A stretch of 24,000 bases of DNA from Mycoplasma marinum (GTDB taxonomy: Bacteria; Bacillota_I; Bacilli_A; Mycoplasmatales; Metamycoplasmataceae), in contig NZ_PSZO01000003.1 in assembly GCF_004335975.1 (NCBI RefSeq), positions 98,044-122,043 of the forward strand. Reading direction: 5' to 3'. The translations under genes were made by a program, and so were the position numbers. This document shows, piece after piece, positions 1 to 8,944 of this stretch. Numbering within the stretch: position 1 is the stretch's first letter; each line of letters opens with the position of its first letter. The notes beneath the pieces are model-generated. The model saw only the letters and a list, made by a program, of their open reading frames with translations, did not search any database and was not told the origin of the DNA.

Positions 1-19
1 TGAGTGACTTTATCATAGT

Positions 20-532
20 TTATAAATTGTGATTCATTTGATATTCTCAGTCATTTAAGCTATGATCCTTATAGTTAAGAAGTATACTCACCAATTTAGC
101 AATATCTATTAACTTTAAAACATATTTTAATGGTTCTTCAGTTAATGCATCTATGTATATTTTAAAAATCATTTTAATGCAGCAACCATAAATCCAATAA
201 AGTTCTTGAATTCAATTTAATATAATTTTTGGAATCAAGTTGTTGGAATTTGTAATTTTTTCAAAAATAATCGATTCATATAAAAAATGTTTTAAGTTAA
301 AAAAGTCTTCTTTATGTGGAGATGTAACAAAATAATCAAAAAAAGATATACAATTTGTCTTAAATAATCTATGGGATAAGATTCAATTAGATGTATTTGA
401 TTTTATTCCACAAATAAATTCCCTATCTATAAATTTATTTGAAAAAATAGAAGAATTTAGAAACGTCCAAATATTTGAAATACCAATTGAATTCATATTG
501 GAAGAAACTGCTAAATTGATTTGGCTTAACAT
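20..532 (-). CDS. hypothetical protein (171 aa in table 4)
   Basis: The minus-strand frame is open for 176 codons (547 down to the TAA at 22..20) once three in-frame TGA are read as Trp. That is far longer than chance allows in TAA/TAG-rich DNA. The first ATG is at 532..530 (MLSQINLAVSSNMNS...DWEYQMNHNL*). All plus-strand frames are closed over 1..335. Another minus-strand ATG at 16..14 follows 3 nt after the stop, suggesting an operon continuing leftwards. I recognise no family, and the start codon is uncertain. Confidence 0.45.
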
Positions 533-644
533 TTCCTTAAAAGAAGATTACAAATTAAATAATTACTCTTAAATAAATATCAAAGTGTAAAAGATAAAAT
601 ACAATTAAAAAGAAAAAGCAATAGAGTATAAAGTAAATTAGAAT

Positions 645-664
645 AAAAAACCTGCCGAGGCAAG
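645..664 (-). terminator. rho-independent terminator downstream of rluD
   Basis: The minus strand reads CTTGC-CUCG-GCAGG, a 5-bp GC-rich stem with one G.U pair and a tetraloop. It is followed directly by TTTTTT, about 50 nt after the rluD stop. Confidence 0.6.
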
Positions 665-715
665 AGTTTAAAAAATCTATTTTTACTTTAAATCTAAATT
701 AATCATATTAAAATA

Positions 716-1594
716 TTATTTTTTAACATTTTCAAAAAATTCTTTTGGCACTGGTGCTTCAAAAAACATTACCTCTCCATTAGGATGTAAAAGTTTTAAT
801 TGATATGCATGAAGTCTTTGTCCAAAATCATCAATCTTTGTTCCGTATAAGGGATCTCCAATAATTGGGTGTCCAATATAGTTTAAGTGAACTCTAATTT
901 GATGTGTTCTACCTGTTTCCAATTCACATCTAACTAATGTTGTGTTTTCCATAACTTTTTCAATAAAAACATGTGTTTTAGCATGCTTTGAATTTTGTCT
1001 TTGAACAGCCATTCTTTGACGATGCTTTGAATCTCTACCGATTGGTAAATCAATATGAGTTATTTCATTTGTAACTCTTCCTTTTACAAGTGCCATATAT
1101 GTTCTTTCAACTTTATGATCTTTAATTTCTTGCGCCAAATGAGCATGAGCCCTATTATTTTTAGCCACAACCAAAAGTCCTGAAGTATCTTTATCAATAC
1201 GATGAACAATACCCGGTCTAACTTCTCCATTAATATCTGAAAGTTGACCTTTAAATCTGTGCATAAGACCATTAACAAGTGTTCCATTTGGATGTCCAGG
1301 TGCAGGGTGAACTACCAACCCACTTGGTTTATTAATTACAATGATATCATCATCTTCGTAAACAACATTTAATTCCATTTCTTGAGCAATAATATTAATT
1401 TCTCTTTGAACAATTCTTGTTACTTTAATTTCATTTCCTTCATTTACTTTAAAATTTGCCTTTCTTACTGAAATGCCATCAACCTCTATTGCATGACCTT
1501 TTATTAATGTTTGAACATCGGTTCTTGATATTGATGTATTGTCAGCAATATATTTATCTATTCTGTCTGTATATCTAGCTACTAATTTTTCCAT
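716..1594 (-). CDS. rluD: 23S rRNA pseudouridine synthase, RluA/RluD family
   Basis: Intact 292-aa ORF. It has an N-terminal S4-like segment, the catalytic HRIDKDTSG motif and a GRTHQIRVH motif. It sits in the conserved lspA-rluD arrangement. Confidence 0.9.
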   Translation of the reverse strand: MEKLVARYTDRIDKYIADNTSISRTDVQTLIKGHAIEVDGISVRKANFKVNEGNEIKVTRIVQREINIIAQEMELNVVYEDDDIIVINKPSGLVVHPAPGHPNGTLVNGLMHRFKGQLSDINGEVRPGIVHRIDKDTSGLLVVAKNNRAHAHLAQEIKDHKVERTYMALVKGRVTNEITHIDLPIGRDSKHRQRMAVQRQNSKHAKTHVFIEKVMENTTLVRCELETGRTHQIRVHLNYIGHPIIGDPLYGTKIDDFGQRLHAYQLKLLHPNGEVMFFEAPVPKEFFENVKK

Positions 1595-1606
1595 ATAAAC
1601 ATTATA

Positions 1607-1630
1607 AAGAAAAAGGTGATATATATCACC
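1607..1630 (-). terminator. hairpin/terminator between lspA and rluD
   Basis: A perfect 16-nt palindrome GGTGATATATATCACC (1615..1630) starts 8 nt after the lspA stop. On the minus strand it is followed by TTTTTCTTT. Confidence 0.5.
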
Positions 1631-1637
1631 CTTGTAA

Positions 1638-2228
1638 TTATTTTATTTTTTTATTTTTATTAATTTTGGAATTTTCTTTTTTTTCTTCTTTAAATAAATT
1701 AATAATTATAGAAGTTGCAGTTAATATAGAACCTAATACAACCTCAACATCTGCTAAGTTATATGTACCCCTATCCATTTTTGGATGGTAAATTCAATCC
1801 CTTACATAATGATATATTTTTCCATCTAATTCATATGTAAGCATAAACCTATCAAGAATATTACCAAATGCGCCAGCAGCCATCAAAGAAAAACCTACAG
1901 CAGTTAAAGTTTTTTTTGATATTAGAGCACCAAATACAAGGAAAATGAATACAATACTTGTTAATGTTTGAACTCCCCAGTACGGAACAACATTAGCACC
2001 AAGGGAAGAAAACATACCAGTATTTGTTACCAATCTTGTTCCAATCAATCCTTTATCTACTACATAACGATTCTGAATATTATGACAGATTTTATCAGGA
2101 CTAATCTTAGCAAATAAGGCCAACTTGGTAAATTGATCTATTGCTAAAAAAACACCCATTACAAAACAAAGAATTATAAAGTTCTTAGTAAATATCTTCT
2201 TATCAACTCTTTTTAATATTTTTTTCAT
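1638..2228 (-). CDS. lspA: lipoprotein signal peptidase II
   Basis: Track ORF 1794..2228 ends at a TGA. Reading it as Trp extends the frame to the TAA at 1640..1638 (196 aa). The N-terminus has the DQFTK motif. The extension (…WIYHPKMDRGTYNLADVEVVLG…) carries the second catalytic-Asp motif (N-L-A-D) expected of LspA, which supports the UGA=Trp reading. Confidence 0.9.
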
Positions 2229-2242
2229 AAAATAATTATATT

Positions 2243-2266
2243 AAAAAAAGGCTAACATTAGCCTTT
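2243..2266 (-). terminator. hairpin/attenuator between ileS and lspA
   Basis: The minus strand reads AAAGGCTA-ATGT-TAGCCTTT followed by more T (7 T in total). It starts 11 nt after the ileS stop. Confidence 0.5.
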
Positions 2267-2276
2267 AATCAATAAA

Positions 2277-4925
2277 TTAATTATTGATAACATCAAAACA
2301 TCTTGGACATAATTCTTCTTTAATATCATTTATTGAAATATGGTTTCAACATCTTGGACATTTAATTGTTTCAAAAGTTTCAACTTTTAATTCATCTCCA
2401 AATACAACTTCACCAACAATCAATAGCTTTTGAAGATCTATACTTTTCAAGAAGTTACTTTCAGTTGAAATTGTTACTTTTGCTTCATTACGTCTTTTTA
2501 TTAAGCCACTTTTCACTGATTCTTCAAGTTTTTTATTTACATCATCAACTAATTTAAAGTATTCATCTCATTTAGCAAATACTTTTTCATCAACTTTTTC
2601 CAGTTTAAAGAAATCTCTTAAATGAACTGATTCTTCTTTAGGGAATAATAATTTATGAATTTCCTCTGTTGTAGTTGGTAAAATTGGAGCTAATGCAATT
2701 ACTAATGTATTAAGAATATTATAAATATTAGTTTGAATCATTCTTCTTTCACGCGAATTTTTTCTATCCGCATATAGAGAATCCTTTGCAAATTCAAAAT
2801 ATAATGAGGAAATTTTAATAATAAAATTATTCACTATTTTAATCATCTTATTAAATTCAAAACCATCATATGTTTCTTTAATTTGAACTTTAACTTTCTT
2901 ATGTAATTCAGCGATGTAAGCATGGAAACCTGTTGGTTCGATGCTCATTGATTCGTCAAAGTCAAATAAGTTACCGTGCATAAATCTCATTTTTGTTCTA
3001 AAGTTTCTATAAATATCAATATTTTGCTTGATGATATCTGCTGAAATTGTAACATCTGAAGTAAACTCTGAATTAGCTGCTCATAGCCTTAAAATATCTG
3101 CACCATTTTTACCAACAATTTCTTGTGGAGAAACAACATTACCTTTAGATTTAGACATTTTATTACCTTTACCATCTAATACAAAACCATGTGATAACAA
3201 TTGTTTAAAAGGTGAAATACCTCTATAAGCAACTGAATTAATCAATGATGAATTAAATCAACCACGATATTGATCAGAACCTTCTAGATATAAATCAAAT
3301 GGTGCTTCCTCACCTTGTGGTTTAACTGCAATAGAAGAAGAACCAGAGTCAAATCAAACATCCATTATATCCATTTCTTTTGTATATCCTAACCCTCTAA
3401 ATTTTTCAGGAAGCAATTCATCTGCTTCTTTTTCTCATCAAACATTTGTGCCATTTTTTTCAACCATTTCGATAACGAAGTCAAAAATTTCAGCATCAAT
3501 AACGGGTTTCTCTCCATTATAAAATACAGGAATAGGAACACCTCAAGTTCTTTGTCTAGAAATAGTTCAATCATCTCTGTTTTGAATCATTTGTGAAAGT
3601 CTTGAAATACCTCATTCTGGATATGATTTTATTTTTGATAATTCCCCTAGAATTTGGGGTTTTATTTTAGAAATTGAAACAAATCATTGAGGAACACCTC
3701 TATAAATAACTGGTTTGTGAGTTCTTCAATCATGAGGATAAGAGTGCTTCATGAATTTTAATGAAAGCAATCTTCCTTCAGCATCTAATGCCATTCCAAT
3801 ATTTTTATTTGCATCTTCATAGAACATTCCTTCTAATTCTCCAGCTTCTGAATTGAATGCCCCATCTCCTTCAACATGCATAATCATATCAAGTTTAAAT
3901 TTTTTACCAATAATAAAGTCATCTTCACCAAATAAAGGAGCAATATGAACAAGACCAGTACCGGCTTCAAGAGTAACGTGATGCCCTTCAATAACAGGTG
4001 CTGATAATTCTTTTTTAACAGGGCGTTGATATTCAAGACCTAATAATTCTTTACCTCTAAAAGTATCCAGAACTTCAAATTCATCCCATTTTGCAAATTC
4101 AGCAACTTTATCAATTAATTGTGTAGCAATAACGTATACTTCTCCATTAGCTTTAACAGTAGAATAATCAAAAGATAACCCAACGGCAATACCCGAGTTA
4201 GCAATTAGTGTTCAAGGCGTTGTTGTTCAAATAACAAGTTTTTCGCCTTTTTTAACTTTTTTATTCTCTTTTATAACATCAAGAGCTACAAAGATTGCAG
4301 GAGATCTGTGGTCTGCATATTCAACTTCAGCTTCTGCAAGAGCAGAATGAGAAGAAGGTGACCAGTAAACTGGTTTTAACCCTTTGTAAATAAGACCATC
4401 TAAAGCCATTTTTTTGAATAATCTAAGTTGATTTGCTTCGAAGTTTTTATCTAAAGTAACATATTTTTCTTCAAGATCAGAAAGTAAATTTAACGTTTTA
4501 AATTGTTCTTGTTGTCTAGCAACTTGAGAAAGAGCATATTTTTCAGCTTCTTTTCTTAAAATTAAAGGATCAAAATCTTCAGCTTTCTTATTCATAGTTT
4601 CAAGCATTTTATTTTCAATTGGTAAACCATGAGTATCTCATCCAGGTGTAAATGGTGAATAAAAACCATTCATTGTTTTATACCTAACAATAATATCTTT
4701 TAAAATTTTATTTAGAGCATGACCAATGTGTAAATCACCATTAGCATATGGAGGGCCATCATGAACTATAAATTTTTCTTTCCCTTTATTTTTTTCTAAA
4801 GCCTTTTTATAGATTTCATTATCTAATCATTCTTGTCTATATTTTGTTTCCTTCTCAACTAACCCAGCCTTCATACTAAAATTTGTTTGAGGCATATTTA
4901 ATGTATCTTTATAATCTTTTTTCAT
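2277..4925 (-). CDS. ileS: isoleucyl-tRNA synthetase
   Basis: Fragments 2568..2990 and 4227..4607 share a frame and join through many in-frame TGA codons into 882 aa. The N-terminus is [22 protein letters not shown]… and includes [14 protein letters not shown] (HIGH motif). KMSKS is read at 3161..3147. The C-terminus has a zinc knuckle [27 protein letters not shown]. An SD (AAAGGAG) precedes the ATG at 4925. Confidence 0.95.
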
Positions 4926-4929
4926 TTTT

Positions 4930-5125
4930 TCTCCTTTAAGTGCAAAAAAAGCCTTTTTTAGGGGCAAACGTACCACCCTAAAAAGACTCTCTTTTAAATT
5001 CGTAACGTGAATAATACGCTTTTATAAGACTCAGAAGTGATATTCATTATAATTTCTTATTTGGCTTTGCAGCAAATAGCCAACTCTCTTAGTAAGAATG
5101 TATATGAACTTGTCTTCGTCACTGT
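4930..5125 (-). promoter_or_regulatory. T-box riboswitch leader (Ile specifier AUC) controlling ileS
   Basis: The minus strand contains a T-box core TTAGGGTGGTACG (plus 4969..4981). A terminator helix AGTCTTTTTAGGG/CCCTAAAAAAGGCT is followed by T7 (plus 4944..4988). Stem I shows GTGACGAAGA (GA/K-turn-like), AGAGAG, and a distal hairpin TTGGCT…AGCCAA. A specifier-loop-like GAATATCAC has ATC followed by A (plus 5041..5039). The SD and ATG of ileS follow directly. Confidence 0.8.
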
Positions 5126-5171
5126 TATATTTATTATGTAATAATTTTAGCATATTTTAAAAAAAATACTA

Positions 5172-5444
5172 CTAGATAGTATCTTTAATATGTTTAGCTG
5201 GCCTGAAATCTAATATACTTCTTTCAGGAATATCAATGATAGTTTTCTTATGTGGGTTATAACATTGTTTTGCGGGTTTAGAAACAATTTCTAAAACTCC
5301 AATTTTATTTAAATTAACTTTTTTACCTGACTTAAGTTCTTCGATAGTAATTTTAAGCAGCTCATCAATAATTTCAGCAACATATGATTGTTTACATTCT
5401 AAATTTTTGGCAATTTTAGAAGCAATATCTTTTTTATTTATCAT
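5172..5444 (-). CDS. hup: DNA-binding protein HU/IHF family
   Basis: Intact 90-aa ORF with the typical HU length and layout (MINKKDIASKIA…, a beta-arm region and a late Pro). A strong SD (AAAAGGAGAAA) lies upstream. Confidence 0.8.
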   Translation of the reverse strand: MINKKDIASKIAKNLECKQSYVAEIIDELLKITIEELKSGKKVNLNKIGVLEIVSKPAKQCYNPHKKTIIDIPERSILDFRPAKHIKDTI

Positions 5445-5591
5445 TTTTTTCTCCTTTTATAATAATGAATATAGTAATTACAATAATAATTCTACCATTT
5501 CATTTTTTAAAAAAAACTAAATGTTATGCAAAACTAACTTTCATAATTAACATATAAAGTGTTAAAAGTGTTAAAAAGTTCATTTTTTAAA

Positions 5592-5627
5592 TAAAAAACA
5601 CTCAAATGACTATTTTTGCATTTGAGT
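5592..5627 (-). terminator. rho-independent terminator downstream of pyrG
   Basis: A 9-bp stem ACTCAAATG/CATTTGAGT (5600..5608 and 5619..5627) is followed on the minus strand by GTTTTTTATTT. It lies about 20 nt after the pyrG stop. Confidence 0.65.
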
Positions 5628-5648
5628 AATCAATATGTAAAAAAAATA

Positions 5649-7244
5649 TTATTTTTTATTTTTTATTGCTGCTTTTAGGAATTTAGTGAAAATTGGGTTA
5701 TCTCTAAGTGGTCTAGCAGTAAATTCTGGATGATATTGCACACCAAAATAAAACTTCTTACCTTTAACTTCACAAACTTCTGCAAGGTTTGTTTTTTCAT
5801 CAAATCCTGAAAATTGGAATCCTAAACCTTCAACTTGTTCTAAGAATTCTGGATTAACTTCATATCTATGTCTATGTCTTTCAATTGCATGGTCACTTTC
5901 ATATATTTTTGAAGCTATAGAGTCTTTTTTTAGTAATGTTTTTGACTCACCAAGTCTTAGTGTTCCACCGATGCCATCAGTTTTCTTTTTACCTCTAATG
6001 AAATCAAATACAAATGTACCTGTTTCTGAAACTTCTGATGATGTCGCATCCTTAATACCCATTCTATGTGCTTGCTCAACAGTCATGGCTTGCATACCAA
6101 AACAAATACCAAATGTTGGATGATCAATGTCTCTTAAATATTTAGCGGCAATAACTTTACCATTAAAACCTCTTTTACCAAATCCTGGAAGAATGATTGC
6201 TCCATTAGTACCAGAAATAGCTTCCTTAATATTTTTTTCAGTAAGATTGTCAGCTTGAATTCATCTAAGCTTTAATTTTGTACCTGTGTAATTAGCAGAA
6301 ATTTTAAGTGCCTCAATAATTGACATATAAGCATCTTCAAGTTCTATATATTTACCGATCATAGCGATTTCAGTTTCATGTTTCTTAGATTTTTGGATTT
6401 TAGAAACATATTCTTTTCAATCATCAAGTTTTGGTCTTTTAAGACTCATCCCAAAGTGTTTAAGAATTTTTTGTGCTACCTTTTGTTTTTCAAGTTCTAA
6501 AGGAATTGTATAAATGTTTTCAGCATCAGGAACTGAAATAACACGATCTTTAGGTATGAATGAAGTTCTAGATACTTTTTCATGCACTTCTGCTGTAACT
6601 TCATTTGTTGATCTCATGAAAACCATATTTGGTTTAATTGACAATGATCATAATTCAGACATTGAAAATTGTGCTGGCTTCGTTTTAAATTCTTTTGAAG
6701 CAGTTAGAAAAGGAATATATGTTGTATGAATGAAAAAACAATTTTTAGGCTCTTTAAGAAGCATTCCTGCAAGTGTTCTAAAGAATGATTGCGATTCTAT
6801 ATCTCCAACTGTACCACCTATTTCTGTGATTACTATATCAGCTTTTGATGTTCTTCCACCTAATTTAATCAAGTGTTCAATTTCATCTGTCATATGAGGA
6901 ACTATTTGAACAGTCTTACCATTAAAATCCCCATTTCTTTCTTTATCCATTAATCTTTTAAATATTTGGGCTGTTGTATAGTTTGAATGCTTTGAAAATT
7001 TTTCGTCGATGAATCTTTCATAATGCCCTAAATCTAAATCAGTTTCTGCCCCATCAGCTGTAACATAAACTTCACCATGTTCATAAGGTGACATTGTTCC
7101 TGGATCTACATTTAAATATGGATCAAATTTTTGTACAAAAACCTTATAACCTCTTGCTTTTAAAAGTCTACCAACAGATGCTGCTGAAACACCTTTACCC
7201 AACCCAGATAAAACACCACCCGTAACAAATATATATTTTGCCAT
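5649..7244 (-). CDS. pyrG: CTP synthase
   Basis: Three same-frame track fragments (6648..7244, 6417..6644, 5649..6095) join through TGA codons into 531 aa. The N-terminus is [19 protein letters not shown]. The C-terminus has glutamine amidotransferase motifs (…GVQYHPEF…). An SD (AAAGGAGA) lies upstream. Confidence 0.95.
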
Positions 7245-7297
7245 AAAATCTCCTTTTGTATGCTTTTTGTAGTTAAAAACTAATTTTTAATAAAAAT

Positions 7298-7307
7298 ATT
7301 ATACACA
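7298..7307 (-). promoter_or_regulatory. candidate extended -10 promoter element for pyrG
   Basis: The minus strand reads TGTGTATAAT about 55 nt upstream of the pyrG ATG, with the SD in between. The assignment rests on sequence only. Confidence 0.4.
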
Positions 7308-7513
7308 CTAATGCTTTAATGGCGTATGTTATTTATTATTCTCATAGCATTTTTTGCTATTTTTTGTAAAAAATATGCACTTTTAACTTTTTTTTCAGTA
7401 ATTACACCATAATTTTTATGAAGCTATAAAATATTTTGATGCACACTTAAAAATGAAGATTTAAGAAAAATATAAACTACACGCAATAAAAAGTATCCGC
7501 TTTACAGCGAAAT

Positions 7514-7552
7514 AAAAAAATACTTAACACTTTTTAAGGTTAAGTATTTTTC
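7514..7552. terminator. bidirectional rho-independent terminator (3' of ftsZ)
   Basis: A perfect 10-bp inverted repeat AATACTTAAC/GTTAAGTATT is flanked by an A-run on the left and a T-run on the right. It lies about 175 nt downstream of the ftsZ stop. A second 7-bp hairpin GTTGATT/AATCAAC sits next to it at 7557..7579. Confidence 0.6.
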
Positions 7553-7726
7553 TTATGTTGATTATTCAAAACAATCAACTTAATGCCTTACAACTTTTTA
7601 ATATCGTTAGACATCCATAAAAGATTTAAACATAAATCCCATTATTCAAAAATATATTTTAGTATATTTATAAGAAAATTTTAAATTTTCGATAACTTCT
7701 AAGACATCGTTAAAATTGAAAATTAA

Positions 7727-8944
7727 TTATCTTCTTAGGAATGCAGATAATTCATCGTCATCATCTTCTGGATCATCAAAAGGTGTTGTGTTTGTAAGTT
7801 CACGTTCATCTGTTATAGTCAGTTTATCCTCTTCAGGTAATGGATCTTCAATAAGAATTTCTCTTGTAGTTTCATTTTCAAAACTAATTTCCATTGTTTC
7901 AACTGATTTTGCAACCTCTGCTTTTATTTCTTCTTCTGAGAGTTTTGGCTCTTCAGAATCTAATCCTGTAGCAATAACTGATACATAAATTTCATCTCCT
8001 AGGTTCTCGTTTACCGATACCCCGAAAATAATATTTAAGTCTTCACCAGCTGCTTGCTGAATTGTTTCAACAGCTTGATTCGCATCGTCAAGTGTAATAT
8101 TCCCACCTGATACGTTAATAATCGCATCTTTTGCCCCTTTAATTGAAGCTTCAAGAATTGGAGATGAAATAGCATGGATGGCAGCTTTAACCGCCTTATC
8201 TTCACCAGAAGATTCCTTACCAATTCCAATTAATGCAGAACCTTTATCTTTCATTACAGTACATACGTCAGCAAAGTCAAGGTTAATTAGCGCTGGAATA
8301 GCAATTAAGTCTGTAATTGTTCTAACAGTTTGTTTAAGAACCTTATCTGCATATAGGAAAGAATCTTTTAATGAAATTCCTCCATATTGTTCTAATAATT
8401 TATTGTTTGAAATTACAATAAGTGAGTCTGTAGCGGCTTTCATCCCGTCAAGACCGTGATTAGCATTTTTAGTTCTTTTTGTACCTTCGAATGAGAAAGG
8501 AGTAGTAACAATACCTACAGTTAATGCGCCTAATTCTTTTGCAATTTCGGCGATTACTGGTGCGGCACCAGTTCCTGTTCCTCCACCCATACCGGCAGCG
8601 ACTATAATCATGTCTGCACCTTTTAGTGTTTCTTTGATCATATCTTTTGATTGAAGAGCGGCCTTACGACCTTCTTCGGGGTTAGCACCAGCTCCAAGAC
8701 CACGCTCATTATTACCTAATGGTAAAACTGTTTGCGCAATTGAAGCATTTAACACTTGTTCGTCAGTATTAGCAACGATAAATTCAACACCTTTTATTCC
8801 CTCTTTAATCATTGAGTGAACTGTATTGTTTCCACCACCGCCAACACCGACAACTTTAATGCTAGCGATATTGTCCATTTTTGAACCAATGTGCGATTCG
8901 CTAGTTGTATTTAATATATTGTCTGTATTAAGCAGTTCTGACAT
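7727..8944 (-). CDS. ftsZ: cell division protein FtsZ
   Basis: Intact 405-aa ORF. It has the tubulin signature [20 protein letters not shown], a long acidic linker, and a C-terminal conserved peptide …[11 protein letters not shown] strong SD (AGGAGG, plus 8950..8955) lies 5 nt before the ATG. Confidence 0.95.
   Translation of the reverse strand: MSELLNTDNILNTTSESHIGSKMDNIASIKVVGVGGGGNNTVHSMIKEGIKGVEFIVANTDEQVLNASIAQTVLPLGNNERGLGAGANPEEGRKAALQSKDMIKETLKGADMIIVAAGMGGGTGTGAAPVIAEIAKELGALTVGIVTTPFSFEGTKRTKNANHGLDGMKAATDSLIVISNNKLLEQYGGISLKDSFLYADKVLKQTVRTITDLIAIPALINLDFADVCTVMKDKGSALIGIGKESSGEDKAVKAAIHAISSPILEASIKGAKDAIINVSGGNITLDDANQAVETIQQAAGEDLNIIFGVSVNENLGDEIYVSVIATGLDSEEPKLSEEEIKAEVAKSVETMEISFENETTREILIEDPLPEEDKLTITDERELTNTTPFDDPEDDDDELSAFLRR

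Noticed and set aside
336-570. Plus-strand 78-codon open frame at the left edge, considered as an independent gene.
   Set aside because: It has no plausible start codon, the plus-strand frames upstream are closed, and it overlaps a much longer minus-strand ORF. I kept it only as a caveat in a finding.
2277-7244. ileS and pyrG, and likewise pyk, lon, deoB, rsmH and the MATE pump elsewhere, look like strings of short broken ORFs, suggesting pseudogenes or frameshifts.
   Set aside because: All the interruptions are TGA codons in a single frame, and conserved motifs continue across them. This is UGA=Trp (table 4), not gene decay.
7245-7726. The long AT-rich spacers (here and at 18073..18553) as possible replication-origin or DnaA-box clusters.
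   Set aside because: I found only isolated matches with 2-3 mismatches to TTATCCACA (for example ACATCCATA near 7611 and TGATCCATA near 18461). There is no cluster, and neither dnaA nor dnaN is nearby.
7716-7988. Plus-strand 90-aa Ser-rich ORF (…[11 protein letters not shown]…).
   Set aside because: It is the antisense shadow of the acidic Glu/Asp-rich C-terminal linker of ftsZ. It has no start context of its own.
8178-8459. Plus-strand 93-aa ORF inside ftsZ. The track also lists similar opposite-strand or out-of-frame ORFs at 1084..1287, 2366..2557, 3028..3228, 3389..3574, 6514..6729, 8035..8229, 9898..10113, 10159..10356, 10488..10748, 11011..11237, 11247..11492, 12001..12186, 13713..14030, 14193..14420, 14895..15324, 17813..18115, 19620..19835, 21812..22039 and 22349..22546.
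   Set aside because: Each lies entirely within a well-supported conserved gene, either on the other strand or in another frame. Their composition is low-complexity and they have no SD or promoter. They are shadow ORFs.
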